Part shown: positions 1-12,297 of the stretch, piece by piece
Position numbering within the stretch: the stretch's first letter is position 1
How the letters are laid out: each line of letters begins with the position of its first letter
NCBI GenBank assembly: GCA_035551935.1
Contig: DASZMJ010000454.1
Span: 1-20,779, forward strand
DNA length: 20,779 bases
Origin: Isosphaeraceae bacterium
GTDB taxonomy: Bacteria; Planctomycetota; Planctomycetia; Isosphaerales; Isosphaeraceae
Reading direction: 5' to 3'
The notes under the pieces: model-generated
Databases searched by the model: none
What the model saw: only the letters and a program-made list of their open reading frames with translations
What the model was told of the DNA's origin: nothing
Position numbers and translations under genes: made by a program

Positions 1-2
1 CG

Positions 3-4271
<4,269 letters not shown>

Positions 4272-4282
4272 TCACGAGAAGA

Positions 4283-4378
4283 GGGTTCACCACAAGGACA
4301 CAAAAAGCACAAAGAATTAAGAATTCAATAATTTATAAATCTTTCTTTGTATCCTTTGTGCCTTTGTGGTGAACTCCC
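4283..4378. promoter_or_regulatory. AT-rich island in the uvrA-MFS intergenic region. An imperfect long palindrome is centred near 4330. Each arm carries three CACAAAG-like heptads at 8-9 bp spacing, and a TATAAAT box lies in the centre.
   Basis: The left arm gggTTCACCACAAggaCACAAAaagCACAAAG spans 4283-4314. The right arm CTTTGTatcCTTTGTGcCTTTGTGGTGAActcc spans 4345-4377. The core GTTCACCACAA / TTGTGGTGAAC is 11 bp perfect. The centre gaattaagaattcaataatttataaat is about 30% GC inside a 70% GC genome. Confidence 0.4.
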
Positions 4379-4473
4379 TTCCTCCCCTGGACGTTCGCCC
4401 CCCGGATCGCGTAGCATCGTCGTGCCCGGTCGGGGTTTCGATCCGGGTCGGGACATCGGGAGGGGCGGCGGCG

Positions 4474-5934
4474 GTGATCGCGACGGGGGCGGGCGAGGTC
4501 GACTCGAGCGGCGCCGCGGCGCCGGCGGCGCGGTGGGCGCGGGCGACGTTCGCGATCCTCTTCGCGATGAACCTGCTCGACTACGTCGACCGCTACGTCC
4601 TGTCGGCGGTCCTGCCGCAGCTCTCACGGCCGGTCGAGCAGGGGGGCCTGGGCCTCAGCAACGTGCAGGAAGGGACGCTGGCGACGGCCTTCCTCGTCAG
4701 CTACTCGTTCTTCGGCCTGTTGATGGGCTGGGCCGGCGACCGCTTCAAGCGCAACTGGCTGCTCGGCGCGGGGGTCGCCGTCTGGGGCGTGGCGACCGTC
4801 GCCAGCGGCCTGGCCCGGAACTACGACGACCTCTGGTGGGCCCGCATCTGGCTCGGCGTCGGCGAGGCGACCTACGGCATCCTCGCGCCGACCGTGCTCG
4901 CCGACCTCTTCCCGCGCCAGCGGCGCTCGTTCATCCTCTCGTTGTTCTACCTGGCGATGCCGGTCGGCGCCGCCCTGGGGATGCAGCTCGGGTCGACGAT
5001 CGCGACGCGGTATAGCTGGCAGGCCGCCTTCTTCGTCGTCGGCGGGCCGGCATTGGCGGCGGCCTTGCTCGCCGTCGTGCTCCCCGAGCCGGCCCGCGGC
5101 GGCAGCGACCTCGGCGTCGAGGGCAAGCCGACCGGCATCGACCGGGTCAAGCCCTCGGGCCGCGACTACCTCGACCTGGCCGTCACCTCGTCGTATGCCT
5201 ATGCCGTCTTCGGGATGGCGATGTATACCTTCGCGATCGGCGGGATGTCGTACTGGTTCCTGAAGTTCCTGGTCCACACTCGAGGGATCGGCCAGGAGCG
5301 GGCGGGGCACATCCTCGGGCCGATCACCGCGCTGGCGGCGATCGTCGGCATGCTCTCCGGCGGCTGGCTGGCCGACCGGCTCGCGAAGACGAATCCGCGG
5401 GCCCTGTTCCTCGTGCCCGGCGTGGCGATGCTCGCGGCCTTGCCGTTCGTGGCGCTGGGGCTGTTCGCGACGTCGGGGCCGGCGATCTTCGCGGGGATCT
5501 TCCTCGCCGAGACCTTGATGTTCGTCAACACCGGGCCTTGCAACGCGATCATCGCCAACGTCGTCCTGCCGAACATGCGCGCCGCGGCGTTCGCGATCGC
5601 GATCTTCGCGATCCATGCGCTGGGCGACTTCTGGTCGCCGCGGCTGATCGGCTGGATGGCCGACGAGTTCGGCCGCGCCGACACGATGGCGACCGCGTAC
5701 GGCCGCTTCTTCGCCGCCCTCGGCGCCTTGCCGACGCAGCGCCCCGGCGAGGCCCCGGGCCGGATGGAGAACATCCTGGCCGGCCTCGTCGTCGTCATCC
5801 CCGCCATCGCCGCCTCGGGCCTCGTCCTGATCGCCGGCGCCCGCCACCTGCCGCGCGAGATGGCGATGATGCTCGCGCGGCTGAAAGTGACGGAAGAACT
5901 CACCGCGGAGGACGCGGAGATCGCAGAGAAATAA
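4474..5934 (+). CDS. MFS-family transporter with 12 predicted TM segments.
   Basis: MFS motif A GWAGDRFKRN is present and multiple hydrophobic helices follow. The start was chosen at GTG 4474, which sits 10 nt after GGGAGGGG (4458-4465) and is in frame. The ORF track starts at GTG 4366, but that codon lies inside the upstream palindrome arm. The stop is TAA at 5932-5934. Confidence 0.75.
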   Translation: MIATGAGEVDSSGAAAPAARWARATFAILFAMNLLDYVDRYVLSAVLPQLSRPVEQGGLGLSNVQEGTLATAFLVSYSFFGLLMGWAGDRFKRNWLLGAGVAVWGVATVASGLARNYDDLWWARIWLGVGEATYGILAPTVLADLFPRQRRSFILSLFYLAMPVGAALGMQLGSTIATRYSWQAAFFVVGGPALAAALLAVVLPEPARGGSDLGVEGKPTGIDRVKPSGRDYLDLAVTSSYAYAVFGMAMYTFAIGGMSYWFLKFLVHTRGIGQERAGHILGPITALAAIVGMLSGGWLADRLAKTNPRALFLVPGVAMLAALPFVALGLFATSGPAIFAGIFLAETLMFVNTGPCNAIIANVVLPNMRAAAFAIAIFAIHALGDFWSPRLIGWMADEFGRADTMATAYGRFFAALGALPTQRPGEAPGRMENILAGLVVVIPAIAASGLVLIAGARHLPREMAMMLARLKVTEELTAEDAEIAEK

Positions 5935-5989
5935 ACTCATTAAAAAATGATAGATTTTTCCTCTGCGATCTCCGCGTCCTCCGCGGTGA
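5900..5989. repeat. Perfect 29-bp inverted repeat (arms 5900-5928 and 5961-5989) around a 32-nt AT-rich loop. It is a candidate terminator or mobile palindrome.
   Basis: TCACCGCGGAGGACGCGGAGATCGCAGAG, loop aaataaactcattaaaaaatgatagatttttc, then CTCTGCGATCTCCGCGTCCTCCGCGGTGA. The left arm lies inside the MFS coding sequence (last 10 codons). The MFS stop codon is in the loop. Confidence 0.7.
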
Positions 5990-6014
5990 AACCCCCGACT
6001 TCTGGAGGCATTCG

Positions 6015-7010
6015 ATGACCAAGCCGATTCGCATCGCCGTGACCGGGGCCGGGGGCCAGATCGGCTACGCCCTGATCTTCCGGGTCGCCTCGGGGGGCCT
6101 GTTCGGGCCGAATCAGCCGGTCTCGCTCGGCCTGCTGGAGATCACCCCGGCCCTGCCGGCCCTGAACGGCACGTTGATGGAGCTGGAGGACTGCGCCTTC
6201 CCGCTCCTGGCCGACGTCAAGGCGACCGACAAGGCCGAGGAGGCGTTCGCCGGGGCCGACTGGGTCGTCCTCGTCGGCGGCCTGCCGCGCAAGGAGGGGA
6301 TGAGCCGCGCCGACCTGATCCGCGCCAACGGCCCGATCTTCACCGGCCAAGGGAAGGCGATCAACGACGACGCCGGCCCCGACGTCCGTATCCTGACCGT
6401 CGCCAACCCGTGCAACACCAACTGCCTGATCGCCCGGTCGCACGCCCCGCGCGTGCCGGCCGACCGCTGGTTCGCGATGACCCGACTCGACCAGAACCGC
6501 GCCGCCGCCCAACTGGCGAAGAAGGCCGGCGTGCCGGTCGGCCAGGTCTCGCGGATGACGATCTGGGGCAACCACAGCGACACCCAGTACCCCGACTTCA
6601 AGAACGCCCACGTCGGCGGCCGGCCGGCGCCCGAGGTCATCACCGATCACGCCTGGTTCACCGAGACCTTCGTGCCGACCGTCGCCAGGCGCGGCGCCGC
6701 GGTCATCAAGGCGCGCGGGGCGTCGTCGGCCGCCTCGGCGGCCAACGCGGCGATCGACAGCCTCCGATCGGCGACGACCCCGACGCCGAAGGACGACTGG
6801 TTCAGCGCCGGCGTCGTCGCCGACGGCAGCTACGGCATCCCCGCCGGCCTCATTTACAGCGTCCCCCTCCGCACCGCCGACGGCCGCTCGCACCAGATCG
6901 TCAAGGATCTGCCCGTCGACGCCGACGCCCGCGCCCGGCTCGACGCCTCGGCCAAGGAGCTCCGGGACGAGCGCGAGGCGGTCAAGGACCTGCTCGGCCC
7001 CGCGGCGTGA
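6015..7010 (+). CDS. mdh: Malate dehydrogenase, NAD-dependent, LDH/MDH superfamily (331 aa).
   Basis: N-terminal Rossmann motif [22 protein letters not shown]. Catalytic-region matches MTRLDQNRA and IWGNHS. GGAGG at 6004-6008 lies 6 nt before ATG 6015. The stop is TGA at 7008-7010. Confidence 0.9.
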   Translation: MTKPIRIAVTGAGGQIGYALIFRVASGGLFGPNQPVSLGLLEITPALPALNGTLMELEDCAFPLLADVKATDKAEEAFAGADWVVLVGGLPRKEGMSRADLIRANGPIFTGQGKAINDDAGPDVRILTVANPCNTNCLIARSHAPRVPADRWFAMTRLDQNRAAAQLAKKAGVPVGQVSRMTIWGNHSDTQYPDFKNAHVGGRPAPEVITDHAWFTETFVPTVARRGAAVIKARGASSAASAANAAIDSLRSATTPTPKDDWFSAGVVADGSYGIPAGLIYSVPLRTADGRSHQIVKDLPVDADARARLDASAKELRDEREAVKDLLGPAA

Positions 7011-7044
7011 CGCGGAATCGCCCGGAAACCACGTCTCCCGTCGT

Positions 7045-7390
7045 GGACCGTCTTTTCTCGAATGGTCTGCGGGAAGAGGTGCCGCGGCCGGACCCGGGCG
7101 ACGGCCGTCGGGAACGTCCCGATCCCCTCCGCTCGACGGTGTCGAGGTGGGCGCCGAGGACCGCGGCGTGGTCCGCGTCGGTGCGGCGACCGGCGGGGGG
7201 ATGCGGGCGTGGCGGCTCGCCTCGGCCGGCGCCACGCCGTCGCCGGTCCGGTCGGTCGGCCGCCGCCGCCGCGGGCCCGCGCGGCGGCGGCCGGCGCGGG
7301 TCCGGGTGTCGGTGTCGTGCCTGGGGGCCCCACCCCGAGAGGGCCTGTGGGTCCGATCCGGATTACAGACCATCTTCGGGTGGAAGGTCC
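7045..7390 (+). mobile_element. Copy A of a roughly 345-bp GC-rich MITE-like repeat with imperfect terminal inverted repeats of about 25 bp. It encodes no credible protein.
   Basis: About 99% identical to the reverse complement of 17148-17490, with 3 substitutions and one 3-bp indel. The ends are GGACCGTCTTTTCTCGAATGGTCTG ... CAGACCATCTTCGGGTGGAAGGTCC. It fills the mdh/dacB convergent intergenic space. Confidence 0.6.
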
Positions 7391-7466
7391 CGTAGGGTCC
7401 GCTCTTGCGGACCAGCTTCGATCCCATGATTTGATGGAAGATGGTCCGCAAGAGCGGACCCTACGG
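7390..7466. repeat. Perfect 25-bp inverted repeat (arms 7390-7414 and 7442-7466) with a 27-nt loop. Each arm contains a nested palindrome GGTCCGC-tctt-GCGGACC. It is a candidate terminator for dacB.
   Basis: CCGTAGGGTCCGCTCTTGCGGACCA ... TGGTCCGCAAGAGCGGACCCTACGG. It abuts the MITE copy A end (7390) and the dacB stop (7468-7470). Confidence 0.65.
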
Positions 7467-7467
7467 A

Positions 7468-9069
7468 TCAATCGCCGGCCTTGGCCCCGTCGTCTTTATC
7501 GTCGTATAAGGTTTCGCAGAGCCGGCCGAGGAGGCGGCCGGCGGCGGCGGGGGTGCCGGGGCCGTCGCCGGAGCCGTCGAGCGGGACGTTGTTCAGGAAG
7601 GCGGCGAAGACGAGCGATCGGCCCGAGGCGGTCTCGATGTAGCCGGCGAGGGCCTTGCTGGTCAGGACCCCTTTGCCGTTGAGGCTGTTCTCGACGTAGT
7701 ACGTCCCCGTCTTGGCGCGGACGTGCCCGCGCGCGGGGCTGTCGGGGCCGACAGCCTTGGCGAGCGTGCCGTCGCGGCCGAGGACCGGCAGGGCCGCCTC
7801 GAACGCGGCGAAGTCGGGCCGCCGCGCCATCGCCCGCAACAGCGCGACCGTCGCCCTCGGTGTCACGAGGTCCGCCCGGCTCCCGCCCGCGCCGCCGCCG
7901 AAGGAGATCGTGTCGATGTCGATGCCGGCCGACCGCAGGAACGCCCCCTCGCGCCGCAGGCCGTCGGCCAGGGTCGACTCGTCGTGGTGCGCCGCGACGA
8001 GTAGCGGCAACGTGCTGGCGTAGAGGTTGTGGCTCACCTTGAGGACCACGCGCACGTATTCCTTGAACGGCGGCGACGTGTACTCGGCCACCTTCGGCAG
8101 CTTCGCCACGGCGTCGCGGTCGGGGAGATGTTCGCCGCGGTTCGTGCCGAGCGGCGAGGCGACCACGCGGACCCCCCGGCGCCGGAGGGCCTCGATGAAC
8201 AGGGCGCGCGCGAACGAGGCCGGCTCCTCGACCTCGTACGCCTTGACGATCGCCTTGTGCCCGACGGGGATGCGGCCCCGGACCGAGAACCGCCTCGGCC
8301 CCTCGGCGCGGACGTGGAGGCGCGGCTCCCTCTCCCCCTCGACCGTCTCGACCCGCGCGTCCATCGCGACGAACGCCGTGCTCGGCACCGTCGATACCGT
8401 CGCCGGCTCGCCCGCGACGGCGGCCGGGGTGACGACGACGTCGACGAGGTTGTCGTTGACGACGATCGGCGACACGCGCGACGGCCCGCTGCCGCTGCTC
8501 TCGGCCGGGCGGAAGAGGCGGTCATCGATCAAGACATCTCCGCTCACGGCCGTGATGCCCGAGCCGCGGACCTCGCGCGCGAGGTGGTCGAGGCCGGCGA
8601 GCGGGTCGGCGCCGGCGAGGGCGGCGTTGGAGTTGCCGTCGGAATACGTGTGGTCGTTGTCGGCGAAGACGAGGCCGCCGTCGGGCCCGGTCCGGCCGCC
8701 GAGGCAGAGGTCTCCCGAGGCGACGAGGATCAAGTCGCCGTCGAGGGTGCCGTCCGACTCGACCTCGCCCCGGCGATGCACCGGCGTCCGGAACCGGTAA
8801 TCGGCCCCGAGGTCGTCGAGCGCCGCGGCCGTCGTGAACAGCTTCGTCACCGACGCCGGCGCGAACATCCGGTCCGCGTCGCGCTTATAGACGACCTCGC
8901 CCGTCCCCTTCTCGACGACCAGGATTCCCCATCCCCCGTGGCGATATCCCTCCGCCTTCAAGACCGCCTCGACCCTCTCCTCGACCGACTCTGCCCCCCT
9001 CGCCGTCCCCGCCGCGACGGCCAGTATCGATGCCATCGCGACGCGCCACGTTCGAGCCGACATGAGCAT
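7468..9069 (-). CDS. dacB: D-alanyl-D-alanine carboxypeptidase/endopeptidase, PBP4 (peptidase S13) family, with a signal peptide.
   Basis: SxxK motif FAPASVTKLF. SxN-like motif KVSHNLYAS. KTG motif RAKTGT, followed by LAGYIETASGRSLVFAAFLNN, which resembles PBP4. The start was chosen at the ATG doublet (9069 or 9063) directly after GGAGG on the minus strand. It gives MLMSARTWRVAMASILAVAAG, a signal-peptide-like N-terminus. The ORF track extends to GTG 9150. Confidence 0.8.
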   Translation of the reverse strand: MLMSARTWRVAMASILAVAAGTARGAESVEERVEAVLKAEGYRHGGWGILVVEKGTGEVVYKRDADRMFAPASVTKLFTTAAALDDLGADYRFRTPVHRRGEVESDGTLDGDLILVASGDLCLGGRTGPDGGLVFADNDHTYSDGNSNAALAGADPLAGLDHLAREVRGSGITAVSGDVLIDDRLFRPAESSGSGPSRVSPIVVNDNLVDVVVTPAAVAGEPATVSTVPSTAFVAMDARVETVEGEREPRLHVRAEGPRRFSVRGRIPVGHKAIVKAYEVEEPASFARALFIEALRRRGVRVVASPLGTNRGEHLPDRDAVAKLPKVAEYTSPPFKEYVRVVLKVSHNLYASTLPLLVAAHHDESTLADGLRREGAFLRSAGIDIDTISFGGGAGGSRADLVTPRATVALLRAMARRPDFAAFEAALPVLGRDGTLAKAVGPDSPARGHVRAKTGTYYVENSLNGKGVLTSKALAGYIETASGRSLVFAAFLNNVPLDGSGDGPGTPAAAGRLLGRLCETLYDDKDDGAKAGD

Positions 9070-9205
9070 TCCTCCCGGTGATGTTCCAGCAGATTCATAC
9101 CAGTCCAATGATTCGATTTCGCCGTCGCCCTCCCACCATAACCTCCCCACCCGGCCGCGTCACGCGCCTGGACCGGTCCTGAGCGGTGCGGCCCGTCGCG
9201 GGTCG

Positions 9206-9234
9206 TTGTGGAATCCGCTCGACAGCCGTAAGAT
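9206..9234 (+). promoter_or_regulatory. Sigma70-like promoter candidate for the HEAT-repeat gene.
   Basis: TTGTGG (9206-9211), a 17-nt spacer, then TAAGAT (9229-9234). This is about 30 nt upstream of ATG 9266, inside the divergent dacB/HEAT intergenic region. Confidence 0.3.
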
Positions 9235-9265
9235 CGTGGCACGTGTCCGACGGAGGAACTTGCCC

Positions 9266-10714
9266 ATGCGGCTTCCCCGAATCCGGGTCCGCGAGCTGAT
9301 GCTGCTGGTGGCCTGCTGCGCCTTCGTCTGCTGGGAGGCGATCGTCCTGCGCGACTCCGATCCGATCGCCGGCGCGACGCGCCGGCTCCGGTCGGGCGAC
9401 GTGGAGGTGCGGCGGGCGGCCGCGTCGGAGCTGGGCGTGCGGCTGTCGGACGCGCTGCCCGCCATACCGGCCCTGGTGGCGGCGACGCGCGACCCCGACG
9501 CCGAGGTCCGCCGCGCCGCCGCCGAGTCGATCGGCGTCGTCACGGCGCAGGGACCGGCCGGCGGGCCGGGCGAGGCCGCGGCGGTCCGGGCCCTGATGGC
9601 GGTCCTGGAGGACCCCGATCCGAGGCTGCGCGTGGCGGCGTCGACGGCCCTGCGGCGGATCGCCTCCCCCATCGCGGCCCCCGCGCTGGCCGCAGCCCTG
9701 CGCGACCGCAACCCGTCCGTCCGCGGGATCGCCGCGTCGGCCCTCGGCGGCATGGGACAGGCGTCCCGAGACCAGGCCCCGGCCTTGCTCGCGGCGATCG
9801 CCGCCGAGTCGGACCCGCGCGATCGCGAAGGGCTCTTGATCACACTGCCGCGGCTCGACCCCGACCCCGCCGTCGCCCTCCCGCCGTTAACGTCGCGGCT
9901 CGCCCGCGACGGCGACGAGCGCGCCCGCGCCGCGACGGCCCGCGCGCTCGGGGATGTGCTGGACGCCCGGCTGAGGGCGGGCGAGGTCCCCCCCGCGACC
10001 CATCCGGCCCTCGCCGCTCTCCGCGCCGCGATCTCCGACCGCTCGCCGCTCGTCCGCCTCCAGGCCGTCGCGTCCCTCGGCCGCATCCGGGCCTCGGCCC
10101 CCGACCCGCTCGCCCCCGTGCTGGATGAGGCCCTCCTCCGCGCCCTCTCCCACCGCCGTGCCGACGTCCGCGCGGCGGCGGCCAGCCTTTATTCCAGGAA
10201 CTGGATAACTCACGTCGATGTCATGCCGATTTCCGACGAGATCGTCCGCGCGCTGGTCAAGGGCCTGCGCGACCCCGAGGCCGATGTCCGCCATCATGCC
10301 GCGTGGGCGCTCATGCAAACCGCACGGGCCAGGCACCCCCTCGGCTCGAAGCACCACGACGCCTTCGTGCGTGTCCTCCCGGACCTTCGCGCCGCCCTGC
10401 GAGACAGCGACCTCACCGTCCGAGATGCGGCCTTCCACGCCCTGACGGCCCTCGGCCGCGGTGCCCCCGAGGGCGACCGCGACTTCCGCGCGGCCGCCCG
10501 CTTCGCGGCGAAGGAGTTCGTCGCCTTGTTGCGCGATCCTCGGGAAGACGTCCGGCAGATCGCAGCGACCTCCTTGATCTCGATCGACCCTCGCGACGCC
10601 GACCTCGTGCTCGACGCCCTCAGTTCCGCCGCCGAGCATGATAGGACGGAGGTCGTCCGGAACTCCGCGGCCTTCGCCGTGCAAAGGATCAAGGAAGTCC
10701 GAGCGTCGAAATAA
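9266..10714 (+). CDS. N-terminally membrane-anchored HEAT-repeat protein (PBS-lyase-type HEAT repeats, about 11 repeats).
   Basis: GGAGG at 9253-9257 lies 8 nt before ATG 9266. The N-terminus MRLPRIRVRELMLLVACCAFVCWEAIVL is a TM helix. Recurrent D/EVRRAAAxxLG units follow (AVRRAAASELG, EVRRAAAESIG, SVRGIAASALG, LVRLQAVASLG, ADVRHHAAWAL, DVRQIAATSL). Confidence 0.75.
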   Translation: MRLPRIRVRELMLLVACCAFVCWEAIVLRDSDPIAGATRRLRSGDVEVRRAAASELGVRLSDALPAIPALVAATRDPDAEVRRAAAESIGVVTAQGPAGGPGEAAAVRALMAVLEDPDPRLRVAASTALRRIASPIAAPALAAALRDRNPSVRGIAASALGGMGQASRDQAPALLAAIAAESDPRDREGLLITLPRLDPDPAVALPPLTSRLARDGDERARAATARALGDVLDARLRAGEVPPATHPALAALRAAISDRSPLVRLQAVASLGRIRASAPDPLAPVLDEALLRALSHRRADVRAAAASLYSRNWITHVDVMPISDEIVRALVKGLRDPEADVRHHAAWALMQTARARHPLGSKHHDAFVRVLPDLRAALRDSDLTVRDAAFHALTALGRGAPEGDRDFRAAARFAAKEFVALLRDPREDVRQIAATSLISIDPRDADLVLDALSSAAEHDRTEVVRNSAAFAVQRIKEVRASK

Positions 10715-10732
10715 CGACGCTCGGTGGGGCCG

Positions 10733-10760
10733 CCGCCGGGTCAAGTCCTCTGGCGGTTTT
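10733..10760 (+). terminator. Weak intrinsic-terminator candidate downstream of the HEAT gene.
   Basis: CCGCCG-ggtcaagtcctc-TGGCGG followed by TTTT at 10757-10760. Confidence 0.3.
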
Positions 10761-10848
10761 GCCGATTCTGCCTATGATGAGGGCCGGTCGGCCCAGGGAA
10801 CGGGTCGGGTCGGTGCCGAAGAGGTCCCAAGGACGGGGGTCACGAGCA

Positions 10849-12120
10849 ATGTCCCAAGGCGCGCAAGGCACATCGCGGCTGGCGTATCCCGTCACGATGG
10901 CGATGCTGGCCCTGGCGTTGGCGTTCCCGATCGCGTTGATGGTGCTGAACCCGACGCTCATGTTCGAGCGCGGCTGGGAGCAGTACGTCGGCACGGCGAT
11001 CTATCTGTGGGCGGTCGTGACCCTCGGCCGCGAGCTCTTGCGGCTCCGCAAGGACGAGCGCGCCTTCGACGATGCCCCGGCGCTGCTCGACGCCCTGGCC
11101 AGGGCCAAGCCCGCGAACGACGACGATCGCCGCCTGTTGCCGGGCCGATTGCGGCAGCTCGCGCGGCACGCCTCGGGGCCGTCGGCGCCGACGGTCGAGC
11201 AGCTCATGGAGCTGAACCGCGAAGGGTCGGGCCTCGACCAGGAGCAGGCGACGGGGCGGTTCACGATCACGCGATACATCCTCTATTTGCTGCCCGTCAT
11301 CGGCTTCATCGGCACGGTCGAGGGCATCAGCAAGGCGCTGATGAACATCAGCCGCGTCCTGCCGATGGTCAAGGACCTCGACGGCTTCCTCAACAACCTG
11401 ACGAGCGTGACCTCGGCCCTCCAGATCGCGTTCGACAGCACGTTGCTCGCGCTGTTCCTGAGCGCCGCGCTCATGCTGGTGCAGACGCTCGTCTTCCGCC
11501 GCGCCGAGGACTTGCTGGCGCGGGTCGATCGCTGGGTCGTCGACCACGCCTTGCCGAAACTGGGGCGCGCCGACGGCGAGGCGATCGCCGCATTGCCGGC
11601 GGTCCTGGCCGACCTCCGGCGCGACCTGCTCGTCCTCGGCGAGCGCATGGGCGCCGGCCTCGGGCCGCACGTGGCTCGGTTCTCCGAGGCGGTCGACCGG
11701 CTCGACCCGGCGCTCGCGAGCCTCCAGCGCGGCGCCGAGGCGATCGGCCGCGTCGGCGACGACCTCAAGGCCGTCGGCGAGTCCAACGACCTGCTCCGCC
11801 GCGGCGTCGCCACGCTCGGCCGCATCGAGTCGGCCCTCGCCCAGGACCGGGGCCCCGACGAGCAGCTCGAGCAGATCCGCCGCGGCGTCGAGCGCTCCTG
11901 TGCCGCCACCGAGGCCCTGGCCGGCCAGTGGTCGCAGGCCTTCGAGCGCACCAGCCGCCTCACCCAGGAGCAGCTCGCCCGCACCCTCCACAGCCTCAAG
12001 GACGCCCTCGACCTGCTCCAGGTCAGCATGGAACAGGGCAACGCCCTCTACCGCTCCATCGTCAAGAAGATCCTCCCCGTCTACCACGGCGACGACGAGT
12101 CCGACGCGCGGGCGGCGTGA
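10849..12120 (+). CDS. MotA/TolQ/ExbB-family proton-channel protein with a roughly 210-aa C-terminal coiled-coil cytoplasmic extension.
   Basis: TM1 is VTMAMLALALAFPIALMVL. The family motif LLPVIGFIGTVEGI corresponds to PxIGLxGTVxGI in TM2. The TM3-like segment is ALQIAFDSTLLALFLSAALMLVQTLVF. The tail is rich in heptad Ala/Leu/Arg/Glu. ATG 10849 was chosen because the upstream ATG 10759 has no RBS. Confidence 0.65.
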   Translation: MSQGAQGTSRLAYPVTMAMLALALAFPIALMVLNPTLMFERGWEQYVGTAIYLWAVVTLGRELLRLRKDERAFDDAPALLDALARAKPANDDDRRLLPGRLRQLARHASGPSAPTVEQLMELNREGSGLDQEQATGRFTITRYILYLLPVIGFIGTVEGISKALMNISRVLPMVKDLDGFLNNLTSVTSALQIAFDSTLLALFLSAALMLVQTLVFRRAEDLLARVDRWVVDHALPKLGRADGEAIAALPAVLADLRRDLLVLGERMGAGLGPHVARFSEAVDRLDPALASLQRGAEAIGRVGDDLKAVGESNDLLRRGVATLGRIESALAQDRGPDEQLEQIRRGVERSCAATEALAGQWSQAFERTSRLTQEQLARTLHSLKDALDLLQVSMEQGNALYRSIVKKILPVYHGDDESDARAA

Positions 12121-12224
12121 GGGTCGACCAACCGACACATGCCGGGCGCAGGAGCGGGCGGTCGTTCGCCAAGACGGCCGGCTCCGGGGACTTTGCGGAC
12201 CTCCTGCCCGGCGGTCGTGGAGGC

Positions 12225-12253
12225 TTGGAACCGGGCCGGGGCCCGATTAGAAT
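12225..12253 (+). promoter_or_regulatory. Sigma70-like promoter candidate for the STN-domain gene.
   Basis: TTGGAA (12225-12230), a 17-nt spacer, then TAGAAT (12248-12253). Confidence 0.3.
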
Positions 12254-12297
12254 GCAACGAGCGTCGGGGAGGCGAGGGGATCGGGAGGGCCGGGCCG

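Noticed and set aside
4285-4295. DnaA-box-like TTCACCACA / TGTGGTGAA in the AT-rich island, which raised the possibility of oriC.
   Set aside because: It matches only 7 of 9 positions of the consensus TTATCCACA. There is no dnaA/dnaN context and no cluster of boxes. An operator for the transporter is more plausible.
4366-4473. GTG 4366 as the start of the first MFS gene, as given in the ORF track.
   Set aside because: The codon lies inside the right arm of the upstream palindrome with no RBS. The in-frame GTG 4474, preceded by GGGAGGGG, is the likelier start. Residual uncertainty is recorded in the feature.
5538-6014. N-terminal extension of mdh back to 5538.
   Set aside because: It overlaps the MFS coding sequence in another frame. 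The conserved Rossmann N-terminus begins at ATG 6015, which has a GGAGG RBS.
6854-7682. ORFs running through the MITE-like repeats: 6854..7471 (-), 7062..7682 (+), 7147..7395 (+), 15992..17473 (-), 16962..17594 (+) and 16717..17388 (-).
   Set aside because: The identical peptide strings only reflect the duplicated DNA. The compositions are nonsense-like (RRGPRRGPRR...). There is no RBS. The ORFs overrun the repeat boundaries into unrelated sequence.
9062-9265. Upstream extension of the HEAT-repeat ORF to 9062. In the same way, the STN gene is not extended to 12139 and the MotA-like gene is not extended to 10759.
   Set aside because: The extensions overlap divergent promoter regions or have no RBS. 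The downstream ATGs have GGAGG-type RBSs and give sensible N-terminal TM or signal segments.
12226-12247. Sigma-54-like TGGAAC element.
   Set aside because: There is no TTGC-type -12 element at the correct spacing. The same bases fit a sigma70-type -35/-10 pair better.
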